This document shows positions 8,683 through 17,508 of a DNA stretch of 31,285 bases, one piece after another (within the stretch, counting starts at the first letter, position 1; every line of letters begins with the position of its first letter). Below the pieces are notes generated by a model. The model saw nothing but the letters and a program-made list of their open reading frames with translations. It did not search any database and was not told the origin of the DNA. The position numbers were made by a program, and so were the translations under genes. Source of the stretch: a bacterium (GTDB lineage Bacteria > Zhuqueibacterota > Zhuqueibacteria > Zhuqueibacterales > Zhuqueibacteraceae); assembly GCA_044869275.1 (NCBI GenBank), contig JBIOXB010000059.1, positions 1 to 31,285 on the forward strand. The letters run 5' to 3'.

Positions 8683-9975
8683 ATGAAGTGGATGGAAGAT
8701 TATAAGAGCAAACTTGTGACGGCCGGACAGGCCGTTGCTCTCATAAAAAGCGGCGACAAAATTTACACTTCCGGCAACGCCGCGGCGCCGTATGTTCTCG
8801 TCCAGGCGCTGGCCCAACGCAAAAATGAGCTGAAGGACGTCGGCGTGTTTAACTTGCTGCTGCTGGGCGAAGATCCGTTGAGCAAGCCGGAAATGCGCGG
8901 CCACTTTCGGCGCAAATCGCTTTTTGTCGGCCCGGCGGATCGCGAGGCGGTCAACGCAGGGCGCGCCGATTATTACCCCATCTTTTTGTACGAGATTCCC
9001 GGACTCTTTCGTGCACACGTGCAATTGGACGTGGCGGTCATTCATACTTCGCTGCCTGATGAGCACGGCTTCGTTTCACTCGGCGTCGAATCCATTGCCA
9101 CCAAAGCGGCCGCGGAAACCGCCAAAGTGGTCATTGCCCAGGTGAATGAAAAAATGCCCCGCGTGTTGGGAGATTGTTTTGTGCACGTATCCCACCTCAG
9201 CAAGATTGTCGAGGTCTCAGAACCTCTGCCGACGCTGACTCCCAAACCGTTCACGGAGGTGGAGAAACAGATTGCGCAACATATCACCACCCTCATCGAT
9301 GATCGGGCCACCCTGCAGCTGGGCATCGGCGGCATTCCGGACGCCGTGCTGGCTCTGCTGAAAGGCAAGAGAGATCTGGGCATTCACACGGAAATGGTGT
9401 CCGATGGCGTCATGCGGGCCATCGAAGACGGCATCGTGACCAACGCCTACAAGAGCCTGCATCCGGGAAAGGTGATTGCCACGTTTATTTTGGGAAGCGA
9501 ACGGCTTTATGCGTACAGCCATAACAATCCCATGTTCGAGCTGCACCAGGTTGATTACACCAACGACCCGTTTGTCGTGGCGCGGAATGATAACCTCGTG
9601 GCGATCAACTCGGCGCTGGAAGTGGATCTGACCGGCCAGGTTTGTTCGGACAGTATTGGCTATACCATCTATTCGGGATTCGGCGGCCAGGTTGATTTTA
9701 CCCGGGGCGCGGCGCGCGCCAAAGGCGGCAAGCCCATCATCGCGTTGTCGTCGACGGCCAAGAATGGCCAACTCTCCCGCATCGTGCCGCATTTGAAAGA
9801 AGGCGCTGGCGTCGTGACCAGCCGCGGTGATGTTCATTACGTCGTGACGGAATACGGCATCGCTTATTTACATGCCAGAAGCCTGCAAGAAAGAGCAAAG
9901 GCTCTGATCAACATCGCGCATCCGAATTTTCGCGAGGAATTGGAGAGATTCGCGCAAGCCAAAAAGTATATGTGA
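8683..9975 (+). CDS. Acetyl-CoA hydrolase/CoA-transferase (4-hydroxybutyrate CoA-transferase-like)
   Basis: TLQLGIGGIPDAV, LGIHTEM (catalytic Glu), SGFGGQVDF, VVTEYG, IAHPNFREEL. Confidence 0.92.
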   Translation: MKWMEDYKSKLVTAGQAVALIKSGDKIYTSGNAAAPYVLVQALAQRKNELKDVGVFNLLLLGEDPLSKPEMRGHFRRKSLFVGPADREAVNAGRADYYPIFLYEIPGLFRAHVQLDVAVIHTSLPDEHGFVSLGVESIATKAAAETAKVVIAQVNEKMPRVLGDCFVHVSHLSKIVEVSEPLPTLTPKPFTEVEKQIAQHITTLIDDRATLQLGIGGIPDAVLALLKGKRDLGIHTEMVSDGVMRAIEDGIVTNAYKSLHPGKVIATFILGSERLYAYSHNNPMFELHQVDYTNDPFVVARNDNLVAINSALEVDLTGQVCSDSIGYTIYSGFGGQVDFTRGAARAKGGKPIIALSSTAKNGQLSRIVPHLKEGAGVVTSRGDVHYVVTEYGIAYLHARSLQERAKALINIAHPNFREELERFAQAKKYM

Positions 9976-9979
9976 AAGA

Positions 9980-10001
9980 CCGCAAAGCAGGCTCTTTGCG
10001 G
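9980..10001 (+). terminator. Stem-loop after the CoA-transferase gene
   Basis: ccgcaaag-N6-ctttgcgg; there is no U-tract, so terminator function is uncertain. Confidence 0.3.
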
Positions 10002-10028
10002 CTGAAGTGCAATCGGTAGGAGTATCAA

Positions 10029-10994
10029 ATGGCAACAGCACGTGTGGGTCGAATCACTTTCGTTGTTGTGATTCTGCTTATAGCTGGATCAATCGGAATG
10101 GTTTACAGAAATTATCAAGATGATATGCGGCAGGCGCACGAGCGCGTTTCGACCGGCAATCAGATCGTCCAGACGTCCTGCGGAACGATCGAGTATGCGA
10201 TGGCTGGTGATGGCCCGGCGGTGTTGGTCGTACACGGGGCTGGCGGAGGCTTCGACCAAGGCTTGGAGTTTGCCCAGACGCTAGCCGGCAGCGGTTTTCG
10301 CGTCATCGCCATGTCGCGCTTCGGTTATCTGCGCACGCCGCTGCCGCCCGACGCTTCCGCGGCCGCGCAGGCCAATGCCCATGCCTGTTTACTCGACGCG
10401 TTGAACCTCCCGGCCGCAGCGATCATTGGCGCCTCTGCTGGCGCTCCCTCTGCCATGCAGTTCGCCCTGCGGCATCCGGAGCGCTGTACCGCTCTGGTCT
10501 TGCTGGTTCCAGCCGCCTACGTGCCGAGACTTGGTGAGGCACCTCCGATGAAAACTCCGGCCGGCACCGCGTTCTTGTTCGATACCGCGCTGAAGTCAGA
10601 CTTTCTCTTCTGGGCCGCGATAAGGCTCGCACGCACGACCTTGATCCGTGCGATTCTCGCCACCCCGCCAGCGGTGGTGGAGAGCGCGGAGGCAGACGAG
10701 CAGGCGCGCGCGGCGCAAATGCTGAACCACATCTTGCCCATTAGCCCGCGCCGGCTGGGGCTACTCAACGATGCCGCAGTAACCTCTTCTCTTCAGCGAT
10801 ACGAGCTGGAACGGATCGCGGCGCCAACGCTCGTGATCAGCTTGGCCGACGACTTGTTTGGCACCTTTGACGGCGCACGATACAGCGCCGAACATATCCC
10901 CAATGCCCGCTTCATCGGCTACCCGAGCGGTGGCCATGTGTGGATTGGGCACCAGAAAAACGTTAACGCCGAGATAGCGGCCTTTCTGAAATAG
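10029..10994 (+). CDS. Membrane-anchored alpha/beta hydrolase
   Basis: N-terminal TM helix; VHGAGGG, GASAG nucleophile, SGGH. Confidence 0.88.
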   Translation: MATARVGRITFVVVILLIAGSIGMVYRNYQDDMRQAHERVSTGNQIVQTSCGTIEYAMAGDGPAVLVVHGAGGGFDQGLEFAQTLAGSGFRVIAMSRFGYLRTPLPPDASAAAQANAHACLLDALNLPAAAIIGASAGAPSAMQFALRHPERCTALVLLVPAAYVPRLGEAPPMKTPAGTAFLFDTALKSDFLFWAAIRLARTTLIRAILATPPAVVESAEADEQARAAQMLNHILPISPRRLGLLNDAAVTSSLQRYELERIAAPTLVISLADDLFGTFDGARYSAEHIPNARFIGYPSGGHVWIGHQKNVNAEIAAFLK

Positions 10995-11000
10995 GAGAAA

Positions 11001-11327
11001 ATGATGAACGACCCAAAACCCAAAATGAGCAATGCCTTCCATGTCTTCTTAAAAGAAGCACCAGCGCATGCACAAGCTTGGATGGCAACCGCGCAAGGGC
11101 TCGAAAAGGCCAGTGCGTTGGATAAGAAAACCGCCGAGCTGGCCTATCTCGCCGTGCTCGCCGCCATGCGCCTGGAGAGTGGGCTGCCGTTTCACGTGCA
11201 CACGGCGAAGGCAGCCGGAGCTTCGCGCGAAGAAGTTATCAGCGCCATCCTGGTGGGATTGCCTGCGGCGGGAAACATCGTTGTACAAGCGCTGCCCGCG
11301 GCGATTGCAGCCTATGAAGAAGGGTAG
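11001..11327 (+). CDS. Carboxymuconolactone decarboxylase (AhpD-like) family protein
   Basis: LDKKTAEL, PFHVHTAKAAGASREEV; no CxxC motif. Confidence 0.85.
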   Translation: MMNDPKPKMSNAFHVFLKEAPAHAQAWMATAQGLEKASALDKKTAELAYLAVLAAMRLESGLPFHVHTAKAAGASREEVISAILVGLPAAGNIVVQALPAAIAAYEEG

Positions 11328-11357
11328 AAATGAAAGTCTAGAAAAGGGAGCACCATC

Positions 11358-11744
11358 ATGATCACAACAAATCTTGTTGATCAAAGCCCAGATGCGGCCA
11401 GCAGAATCCAGTCGGACGAAACCATGTGGGCAATGTTGTGTCATTTGGGCGGCCTGTTCGGCGCCGTTCTCCCGCCGGGAAATATCATCGCCCCGCTGGT
11501 GATTTGGCTGATCTTTCGCGACAAATATCCCCTGGTGGACGATCAAGGCAAGGAGGCGGTGAATTTTCAAATCAGCCTCAGCATCTATTTGATCTCGGCT
11601 GCAATTCTCCTATTGATTGCCGTCGGCTTCTTTCTGATCATCGCGTTGCTCATATTCGCGCTGATCGTGATCATCACCGCCGCGCTTCGAGCTCGCGACG
11701 GTGAGAAGTATCGCTATCCGCTGGCGATTCGATTCATTCGATGA
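11358..11744 (+). CDS. DUF4870 membrane protein
   Basis: WAMLCHL, APLVIWL, DDQGKEAVNFQIS, GEKYRYP. Confidence 0.9.
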   Translation: MITTNLVDQSPDAASRIQSDETMWAMLCHLGGLFGAVLPPGNIIAPLVIWLIFRDKYPLVDDQGKEAVNFQISLSIYLISAAILLLIAVGFFLIIALLIFALIVIITAALRARDGEKYRYPLAIRFIR

Positions 11745-11778
11745 ACCAATTTCTGGCAAAAAAGCAACGAGGTCATCC

Positions 11779-11979
11779 GTGCTAAAATTTCTCCTCTGGT
11801 GTATTCTGTTCGTCTTGTGCTGGCCGCTGGCGCTGCTGGCACTGATCCTGTATCCCATTGTGTGGCTGATCTTACTGCCATTTCGCCTCGTCGGCATTGT
11901 CGTGGACGGCGTGCTGGAATTGCTTTGGGCCGTTGTGACTCTGCCCGCTCGTCTCCTGCGCGGCCGGCCGCGTTCGTAA
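11779..11979 (+). CDS. Small hydrophobic hypothetical membrane protein
   Basis: GAGG RBS then GTG; 66 aa, LCWPLALLALILYPIVWLILLPFRLVGI. Confidence 0.7.
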   Translation: MLKFLLWCILFVLCWPLALLALILYPIVWLILLPFRLVGIVVDGVLELLWAVVTLPARLLRGRPRS

Positions 11980-11990
11980 TCCGAGGATTT

Positions 11991-12046
11991 CAAGTTCACG
12001 ATCCCCGATCGGCGATCGTAAATCGTAATTCGCAAATCGGAAATCA
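11991..12046. repeat. Degenerate heptamer array (NNNATCG)
   Basis: acgatcc ccgatcg gcgatcg taaatcg taattcg caaatcg gaaatca. Confidence 0.7.
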
Positions 12047-12069
12047 TCGAGTTTCTAAGGAAGCCTGTG

Positions 12070-12696
12070 ATGAGAGTGAACTATCTTGTGCTCGCCGCCC
12101 TGTGGGTCATGTGGTGTGCGCTTCACAGTGGCATGATTTGGGTAACCGTCACGAACTACCTGAAGCGCCGGTTGGGAAGCCACTTTCGTTTCTATCGTTT
12201 GTTCTTCAACTTGGTGGCGATCCTCACATTGATACCCATCATCCTGTACGGAGGGTCCCTGCAAGCGCCTGTGATCTTTCGCTGGCAAGGAGCCATGATC
12301 GTCCTTCAGGTGTTCCTGCTGACCGTTGGGATGCTGTTGTTCATCGTAGGAGCCAGGCACTATGACATGCTCCAATTCCTGGGTTTTCGCCAAATCAAAA
12401 CTGGGACCTCGCATGGCGCTCTCACCGCCACCGGTCAGCCCAAAACCACGGGCATACTTAGGATCGTGCGACATCCCTGGTATCTGGGGGCCATGATGTT
12501 GATATGGGCAGGCGATCTCAACGCCGCCACGTTGATTGGGAATATTGTTCTCACCCTCTATCTCATCGTGGGAACAGTGTTGGAAGAACGCAAGCTTGTG
12601 CTCGAGTTTGGTGAAGACTATCGACGCTATCAGAGGCAGGTTTCCATGCTGGTTCCGGTTAAGTTTCTGACCTCAAGATTTCGGCGAAGCATATGA
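12070..12696 (+). CDS. ICMT/NnrU/MddA-like membrane methyltransferase family protein
   Basis: ALHS, YRLFFN, QFLG, IVRHPWYLG, EERKLVLEFGEDYRRYQRQV. Confidence 0.8.
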   Translation: MRVNYLVLAALWVMWCALHSGMIWVTVTNYLKRRLGSHFRFYRLFFNLVAILTLIPIILYGGSLQAPVIFRWQGAMIVLQVFLLTVGMLLFIVGARHYDMLQFLGFRQIKTGTSHGALTATGQPKTTGILRIVRHPWYLGAMMLIWAGDLNAATLIGNIVLTLYLIVGTVLEERKLVLEFGEDYRRYQRQVSMLVPVKFLTSRFRRSI

Positions 12697-12879
12697 TGCA
12701 CTTTCATCCACTTGTTTTTCCTGCAGAGTTGACTTCGTCGATTATGATCATTTATATAAGAGATAGAATTGAGGCGGGCCGGCCCGGTGCCCCAGCATGT
12801 TTGATTTTTCAGCAACCACGCAACTCTGAAGCAAATAACGATCGAGTTGACCGAGAATCCGTCCGATTTGGAGAATAAG

Positions 12880-13644
12880 ATGACTCGAGTGCTGAAGGTT
12901 CTCGTGACAGTCTCACTTTTGGGAATAGCCATGCCATGGTCGTCGTGGGCACAGGATCACTCCACCGCGGCCACCGCCATCGTCAAGAGGATCGATGAGC
13001 TGTATCGCAGCGAAACCAGCGCGGGCGAGATGGAAATGGAGATCGTAACCCCGCATTGGCAGCGCACGCTGCGTATGAAGGTGTGGACGCAAGGAATGGA
13101 TAAGACGTTCATCCGCATTCTCGAGCCGCAAAAGGAAAAAGGCGTGGCGACGCTGCGTCTTGGCAATGAAATGTGGAACTATTTGCCCAACACCAACAAA
13201 GTCATCAAGATTCCACCCTCCATGATGATGAGCTCGTGGATGGGCTCGGATTTCACCAATGACGATCTCGTGGGCGAATTTACCCTGCTGGAAGATTTTC
13301 GATACCAGTTGATGACTCCGGAAAATGCGGAAGCGGGCCTGTTCTATCTCGAAGCCGTGCCGCGCGAAGATTTGCCGATTGTGTGGAGCAAAATCGTCAC
13401 CGCCGTGCGCCAGGATGATTATCTGCCGGTCCAGGAAAAATACTACGATGAAAAAGGCAATCTGATGCGTGTCATTCATTTCAAGGATCTAAAGTTCTTC
13501 GGCCAGCGCCGAATTCCGGCAACGATGGAGTTGATCCCACAAAACAAAGAAGGCTACAAAACCGTGATCCGGTATTTGGCAATCGAATTCGATCAGAAGC
13601 TGGATGAAAGCATTTTCAGTTTGAGAAATCTTCAAACAAGGTGA
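12880..13644 (+). CDS. Outer-membrane lipoprotein-sorting (LolA-like) periplasmic protein
   Basis: GGAG RBS; signal peptide; EKGVATL, MWNYLP, SWMGSDFTNDDL, FSLRNL. Confidence 0.85.
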   Translation: MTRVLKVLVTVSLLGIAMPWSSWAQDHSTAATAIVKRIDELYRSETSAGEMEMEIVTPHWQRTLRMKVWTQGMDKTFIRILEPQKEKGVATLRLGNEMWNYLPNTNKVIKIPPSMMMSSWMGSDFTNDDLVGEFTLLEDFRYQLMTPENAEAGLFYLEAVPREDLPIVWSKIVTAVRQDDYLPVQEKYYDEKGNLMRVIHFKDLKFFGQRRIPATMELIPQNKEGYKTVIRYLAIEFDQKLDESIFSLRNLQTR

Positions 13645-13648
13645 GGGG

Positions 13649-13784
13649 AAGAGCAAAAAGCAAAAGGCAAAGAGCAAGAAACAAAAAGCAAAGAGCAAAA
13701 AGCAAAGAGACTAGTAGAACGTAGAGCCCGTCCTTGCCCTCCGCCCTTTGCTTTTTTCTCTTTTCTTTTTGCTTTTTGCTCTGC
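13649..13784. repeat. Heptamer array AARAGCA (about 9 units) followed by an inverted TTTTTGC array
   Basis: aagagca aaaagca aaaggca... at 13649-13711; tttttgc-type units at 13745-13784. Confidence 0.85.
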
Positions 13785-13806
13785 ACCACGAAGTGGATGG
13801 GTCATT

Positions 13807-15021
13807 ATGCTCCTCAAGATCGCCTTCCGCAACGTCTTTCGCCAGAAACGGCGCACGATTTTGACCGCACTCACCATCTGCGGCGGTTTTACTTTGGCGG
13901 CACTATCGATCGGCTTGTCCGACGGAACGTACGCCGAGGTCATCGACCTGTTCACGCGCAATCGCTTGGGCCATATTCAAATCCATGCTGCCGGTTATCT
14001 CGACAAGCCCTCGCTGTACAAGAACATTGAGAACTTCAAGGCCGTGGGCGAGAAAATTCAAAACCTCCCCGCGGTAGAAGCCTGGTCGCCGCGCTTATAT
14101 TCAGCCGGGCTGGCTTCCGTGGGGGACAAAAGCGCGGGCGTGCAAATCATCGGCATTGACCCCGAGCAGGAGGTGAGGGCCACGCGTTTCGATAAAAAGG
14201 TTTTTCAAGGAAGGATTTTTTCCCAGAATGCTTCGCCTGAAGCAATAATCGGCAAAGGCCTGGCGAAGGTTCTTCATGCTAAGGTTGGGGATGAGATCGT
14301 GATCGTTTCGCAAGCCGCCGATGGCTCCATTGCCAATGCGCTTTATCACCTCGCGGGCATTGTCGACAGCGGTGATGAGTTCAGTGATCGCGTGGCTTTT
14401 TATCTCCCTTTGGCGGAGGCGCAACTCCTTTTGGTGCTGTCCGAACGCGTGCACGAAATCGTGGTCATTGCCGATGATCTCGATCATGTGGAGGAGCTCA
14501 CCCTGGCGATAGAAGCTGCGCTTGGCGCTTCGTCCCTGGCGGTCGAGCCCTGGCAGGTCTTTGCCAGATCCTTCTATGAGGCCATGAAACTCGATCAACA
14601 GGGCAACTGGATCAGCCTCTTCATCATCTTGCTGATCGTGGCGATCGGCGTGCTGAACACCGTGCTGATGTCGGTGTTGGAACGCACGCGCGAGTACGGT
14701 GTTTTGAAGGCCGTGGGGACCCGGCCGGCACAAATTTTCAAGTTGGTGGTTTATGAGGTCAATTTCATCACCTTGGCGAGCGTCGCGGCCGGTGCGGCGC
14801 TGAGCCTGTTGTTGAACTATGCACTTTCGCTGCACGGCATTCCCTTGCCGGAGACTTTCACCTATGCCGGCGTCGAGTTTAAAGAAATGTACAGCGAGGT
14901 GAACCTGCGCAGCTTGTTGATTCCGGCGCTGACCGTCACCGTGGCGGCCAACATCATCAGCCTGTTTCCCTCACTCAAAGCCGCCCATACCGAACCCGCA
15001 CGAGCCATGCGGATGCATTGA
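13807..15021 (+). CDS. ABC permease, FtsX/LolE/MacB family
   Basis: IAFRNVFRQKRRT, large periplasmic domain, MSVLERTREYGVLKAVG, PARAMR. Confidence 0.92.
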   Translation: MLLKIAFRNVFRQKRRTILTALTICGGFTLAALSIGLSDGTYAEVIDLFTRNRLGHIQIHAAGYLDKPSLYKNIENFKAVGEKIQNLPAVEAWSPRLYSAGLASVGDKSAGVQIIGIDPEQEVRATRFDKKVFQGRIFSQNASPEAIIGKGLAKVLHAKVGDEIVIVSQAADGSIANALYHLAGIVDSGDEFSDRVAFYLPLAEAQLLLVLSERVHEIVVIADDLDHVEELTLAIEAALGASSLAVEPWQVFARSFYEAMKLDQQGNWISLFIILLIVAIGVLNTVLMSVLERTREYGVLKAVGTRPAQIFKLVVYEVNFITLASVAAGAALSLLLNYALSLHGIPLPETFTYAGVEFKEMYSEVNLRSLLIPALTVTVAANIISLFPSLKAAHTEPARAMRMH

Positions 15022-15035
15022 GCCGCCGTCGAATC

Positions 15036-15077
15036 TGTGCTTTGGGCTTTGGATTTTGTGCTTTGTGCTTTGGACTT
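15036..15077. repeat. Heptamer array TGTGCTT (6 units)
   Basis: tgtgctt tgggctt tggattt tgtgctt tgtgctt tggactt. Confidence 0.85.
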
Positions 15078-15081
15078 TCAT

Positions 15082-16329
15082 ATGTTCTTCTACCTCAAGC
15101 TCGCCTGGCGCAATCTGTTTCGCAACAAAAGGCGCTCGTTCATCACCGGGACGGCGATCGGCATGGGCCTGGCCGCGCTGATCTTTGTCGATGCATTGGT
15201 CATCGGCATGGAGCGCAACATGATCGGGTCCGCCACGGCTTCCTTTCTAGGCGAAGGACAAATCCATCGTGCCGGTTTTCGTGAAACCCAGGAAATCGCG
15301 CTCACCCTCGATCATTTTGATGAAATGATGGATAGCCTGGCACACGAGCCCATTGTTGCCCACGCCGCGCCGCGCGTCATGGCCTTCGCCATGATCACCT
15401 CGCCGGCGAACGTTAGCGCCATCAGCCTCGTCGGTGTCGATCCCGTTGTCGAGCGGCATTTATCACAAATAGACGACGCCCTCACGGCGGGTGAGTATTT
15501 TAGTGGCAACAGCGACCGCGATCTCGTTCTCGGCAGCAAACTGGCCGAGTTGCTGGAAGTGAGCCTCGGCGATCGCCTGGTCGTGACCTCCACGCAACTC
15601 GCCGATTCCGGACGCGGCGCGCTGGGCGGCGATCTGGCGCAGGAAATGTTCCGCCTTTCCGGCATTTATCACTTCAACGTGCGCGAGCTGGATGCCAGCA
15701 TGGCCTTCATCCGTCTGGAAAAGGCACAGCAGATGCTGGCGCTGCACGGCGGCGTTCATGAACTCGCGCTGAAATTTCGAGACCCGCAGGTGGGAGGTGA
15801 TGAATCCCATCCCTTCTGGAAAAAGTATTCTCAGCACGGCAACGTTGCGGTGGGCTGGACCGTACTGCTGCCGCAACTGAAAGCCGTTTTCGAGATTGCC
15901 GGCTTCGGTATTTATATCACCGGTTTGATTCTGTTCGGCGTGGTCGCGCTGGGAATTGTGAATACGCTCTTCATGTCGCTCTATGAGCGCTTGTTCGAGT
16001 TCGGGGTGTTGCGCGCGGTTGGCACCCGGCCCTTTCGCATGGGCGCTCTGATTGTCTGGGAGGCCGGCGCGCTGGCGATTCTCAGCATTTGCCAGGGTAT
16101 CATTTTGGGAGCACTGGTCACGCTGATGACGATGAAAATCGGCATCGACTACACGGGCGTGGAATATGCCGGGGTAACTTTTCGCGAGCTGCTGTATCCG
16201 GTGATGACCATCAAACAATACACCTTTTATCCGTTTTGGGTTTTTGTGTTCACCGCGATCGTCGGCATTTATCCGGCCGTACACGCCGCAAGAATGCTGC
16301 CCGCGGAAGCCATGCGCAGGAGCTTGTGA
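15082..16329 (+). CDS. ABC permease, FtsX/LolE/MacB family (second paralogue)
   Basis: LAWRNLFRNKRRS, MSLYERLFEFGVLRAVG, PAEAMR; start placed at the ATG after the repeat array. Confidence 0.92.
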   Translation: MFFYLKLAWRNLFRNKRRSFITGTAIGMGLAALIFVDALVIGMERNMIGSATASFLGEGQIHRAGFRETQEIALTLDHFDEMMDSLAHEPIVAHAAPRVMAFAMITSPANVSAISLVGVDPVVERHLSQIDDALTAGEYFSGNSDRDLVLGSKLAELLEVSLGDRLVVTSTQLADSGRGALGGDLAQEMFRLSGIYHFNVRELDASMAFIRLEKAQQMLALHGGVHELALKFRDPQVGGDESHPFWKKYSQHGNVAVGWTVLLPQLKAVFEIAGFGIYITGLILFGVVALGIVNTLFMSLYERLFEFGVLRAVGTRPFRMGALIVWEAGALAILSICQGIILGALVTLMTMKIGIDYTGVEYAGVTFRELLYPVMTIKQYTFYPFWVFVFTAIVGIYPAVHAARMLPAEAMRRSL

Positions 16330-16393
16330 AAGGCTATTCCAAGTATTACCACGGAAATACAGTTTGCAAATTCATAAAACACTTCAGCATGCC

Positions 16394-16461
16394 GTCATTC
16401 CCGCGCAAGCGGGAATCCAGCGAGCACAAGGAACTTGGATTTCCGCTTTCGCGGGAATGAC
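16394..16461. repeat. REP doublet (GTCATTCCCGCG...GCGGGAATCCA type) in inverted orientation
   Basis: gtcattcccgcgcaagcgggaatccag ... tggatttccgctttcgcgggaatgac. Confidence 0.85.
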
Positions 16462-16526
16462 AGGTTTCCATCATGATCGGGTGTCCACCTGGACATGGCC
16501 ATTCTTATCATAATGCACAAGCTCTT

Positions 16527-16655
16527 CAACACAGAGACACGGAACGCACGGAGAGCCACAGCGCGACAGAGCCACAACCAAAATGGTTACACGCGGATCA
16601 AAAAACCACACACGGAAATTTTGCAGCTTTCTGCGTGATTTTTTAATCCGCGTGA
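16527..16655. repeat. 9-mer array (cacagaga/cacggaga) and an adjacent imperfect palindrome
   Basis: aacacagagacacggaacgcacggagagccacag...; cacgcggatcaaaaa ... tttttaatccgcgtg. Confidence 0.6.
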
Positions 16656-16694
16656 AATTAATCCTTGTATCTTTAACCGCTTAATGGAGAAACA

Positions 16695-17402
16695 TTGGCA
16701 ACACGCGACAATCAACAGGTGATCGTGGCCGAGCATGTGGAGAAAACCTATGCCGACAATGGCGTGCCGGTGCACGCGGTGCGTGGGATTGATTTGACGA
16801 TTCACACCAGCGAGTTCACCGCGATCGTCGGGCCCTCCGGCTCGGGTAAGACGACGTTTCTTCATCTGATCTCCGGCTTGGATACGCCGACCGCGGGTCA
16901 GGTTTGGCTGAGCGGCAAGCTGCTTGCGAGCATGAGCGGACGCGAATTGTCAGATTTTCGCCGCGACCATATCGGCTTCATTTTTCAAGCCTACAATCTC
17001 ATTCCCGTGCTTACGGTGGAAGAGAACGTGGAATACATCATGCTGCTGCAAAAGGTGCCCAAGCTCGAGCGGCACGCACGCGTACTAAAAATGCTGCAAG
17101 AAGTGGGGTTGGAGGGTCTCGAGCAGCGTTTCCCGCCGCAACTGTCGGGCGGCCAGCAGCAGCGGGTGGCGATTGCGCGGGCGATGGTCTCGAAGCCCTC
17201 TTTAATTCTCGCCGACGAGCCGACCGCCAATCTCGACTCGGCCACCGGTGCGGCGCTGCTGGATATGATGCGCGAGCTCAACGAGAAAACCGGCATGGCC
17301 TTCGTGTTCTCCACCCATGATGAAATGATCATGGAGCGAGCGCGTAGGGTGATTACGATCAAGGACGGAAGAATTGCCGGGGATGAGAAACGAGCTGCAT
17401 AG
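16695..17402 (+). CDS. ABC ATP-binding protein, LolD/MacB-like
   Basis: [51 protein letters not shown] start with GGAG RBS. Confidence 0.93.
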   Translation: MATRDNQQVIVAEHVEKTYADNGVPVHAVRGIDLTIHTSEFTAIVGPSGSGKTTFLHLISGLDTPTAGQVWLSGKLLASMSGRELSDFRRDHIGFIFQAYNLIPVLTVEENVEYIMLLQKVPKLERHARVLKMLQEVGLEGLEQRFPPQLSGGQQQRVAIARAMVSKPSLILADEPTANLDSATGAALLDMMRELNEKTGMAFVFSTHDEMIMERARRVITIKDGRIAGDEKRAA

Positions 17403-17424
17403 AGCCGATCGCAGAACCTCATAC

Positions 17425-17449
17425 TGTCATCCTGCAGGGATGGCATTTT
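17425..17449 (+). terminator. Possible stem-loop with short T-run
   Basis: tgtcatcc-tgcag-ggatggca-tttt. Confidence 0.25.
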
Positions 17450-17508
17450 AGGGATTCCAGATAAGCTCTTCATACCGCGTGATGCTCACCACGGCCGCCG
17501 GGAATGTC

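Noticed and set aside
123..12696. Integron cassette array
   Set aside because: No attC-like RYYYAAC...GTTRRRY structures or integrase were recognised by eye.
13489..13698. ORF with FAFCFLL repeats
   Set aside because: Translation of the heptamer array, not a protein.
15463..16284. 273-aa minus-strand ORF (and similar ones at 14101-14835, 19963-20736, 29557-30339)
   Set aside because: Each lies wholly opposite a well-supported gene and has no protein motifs.
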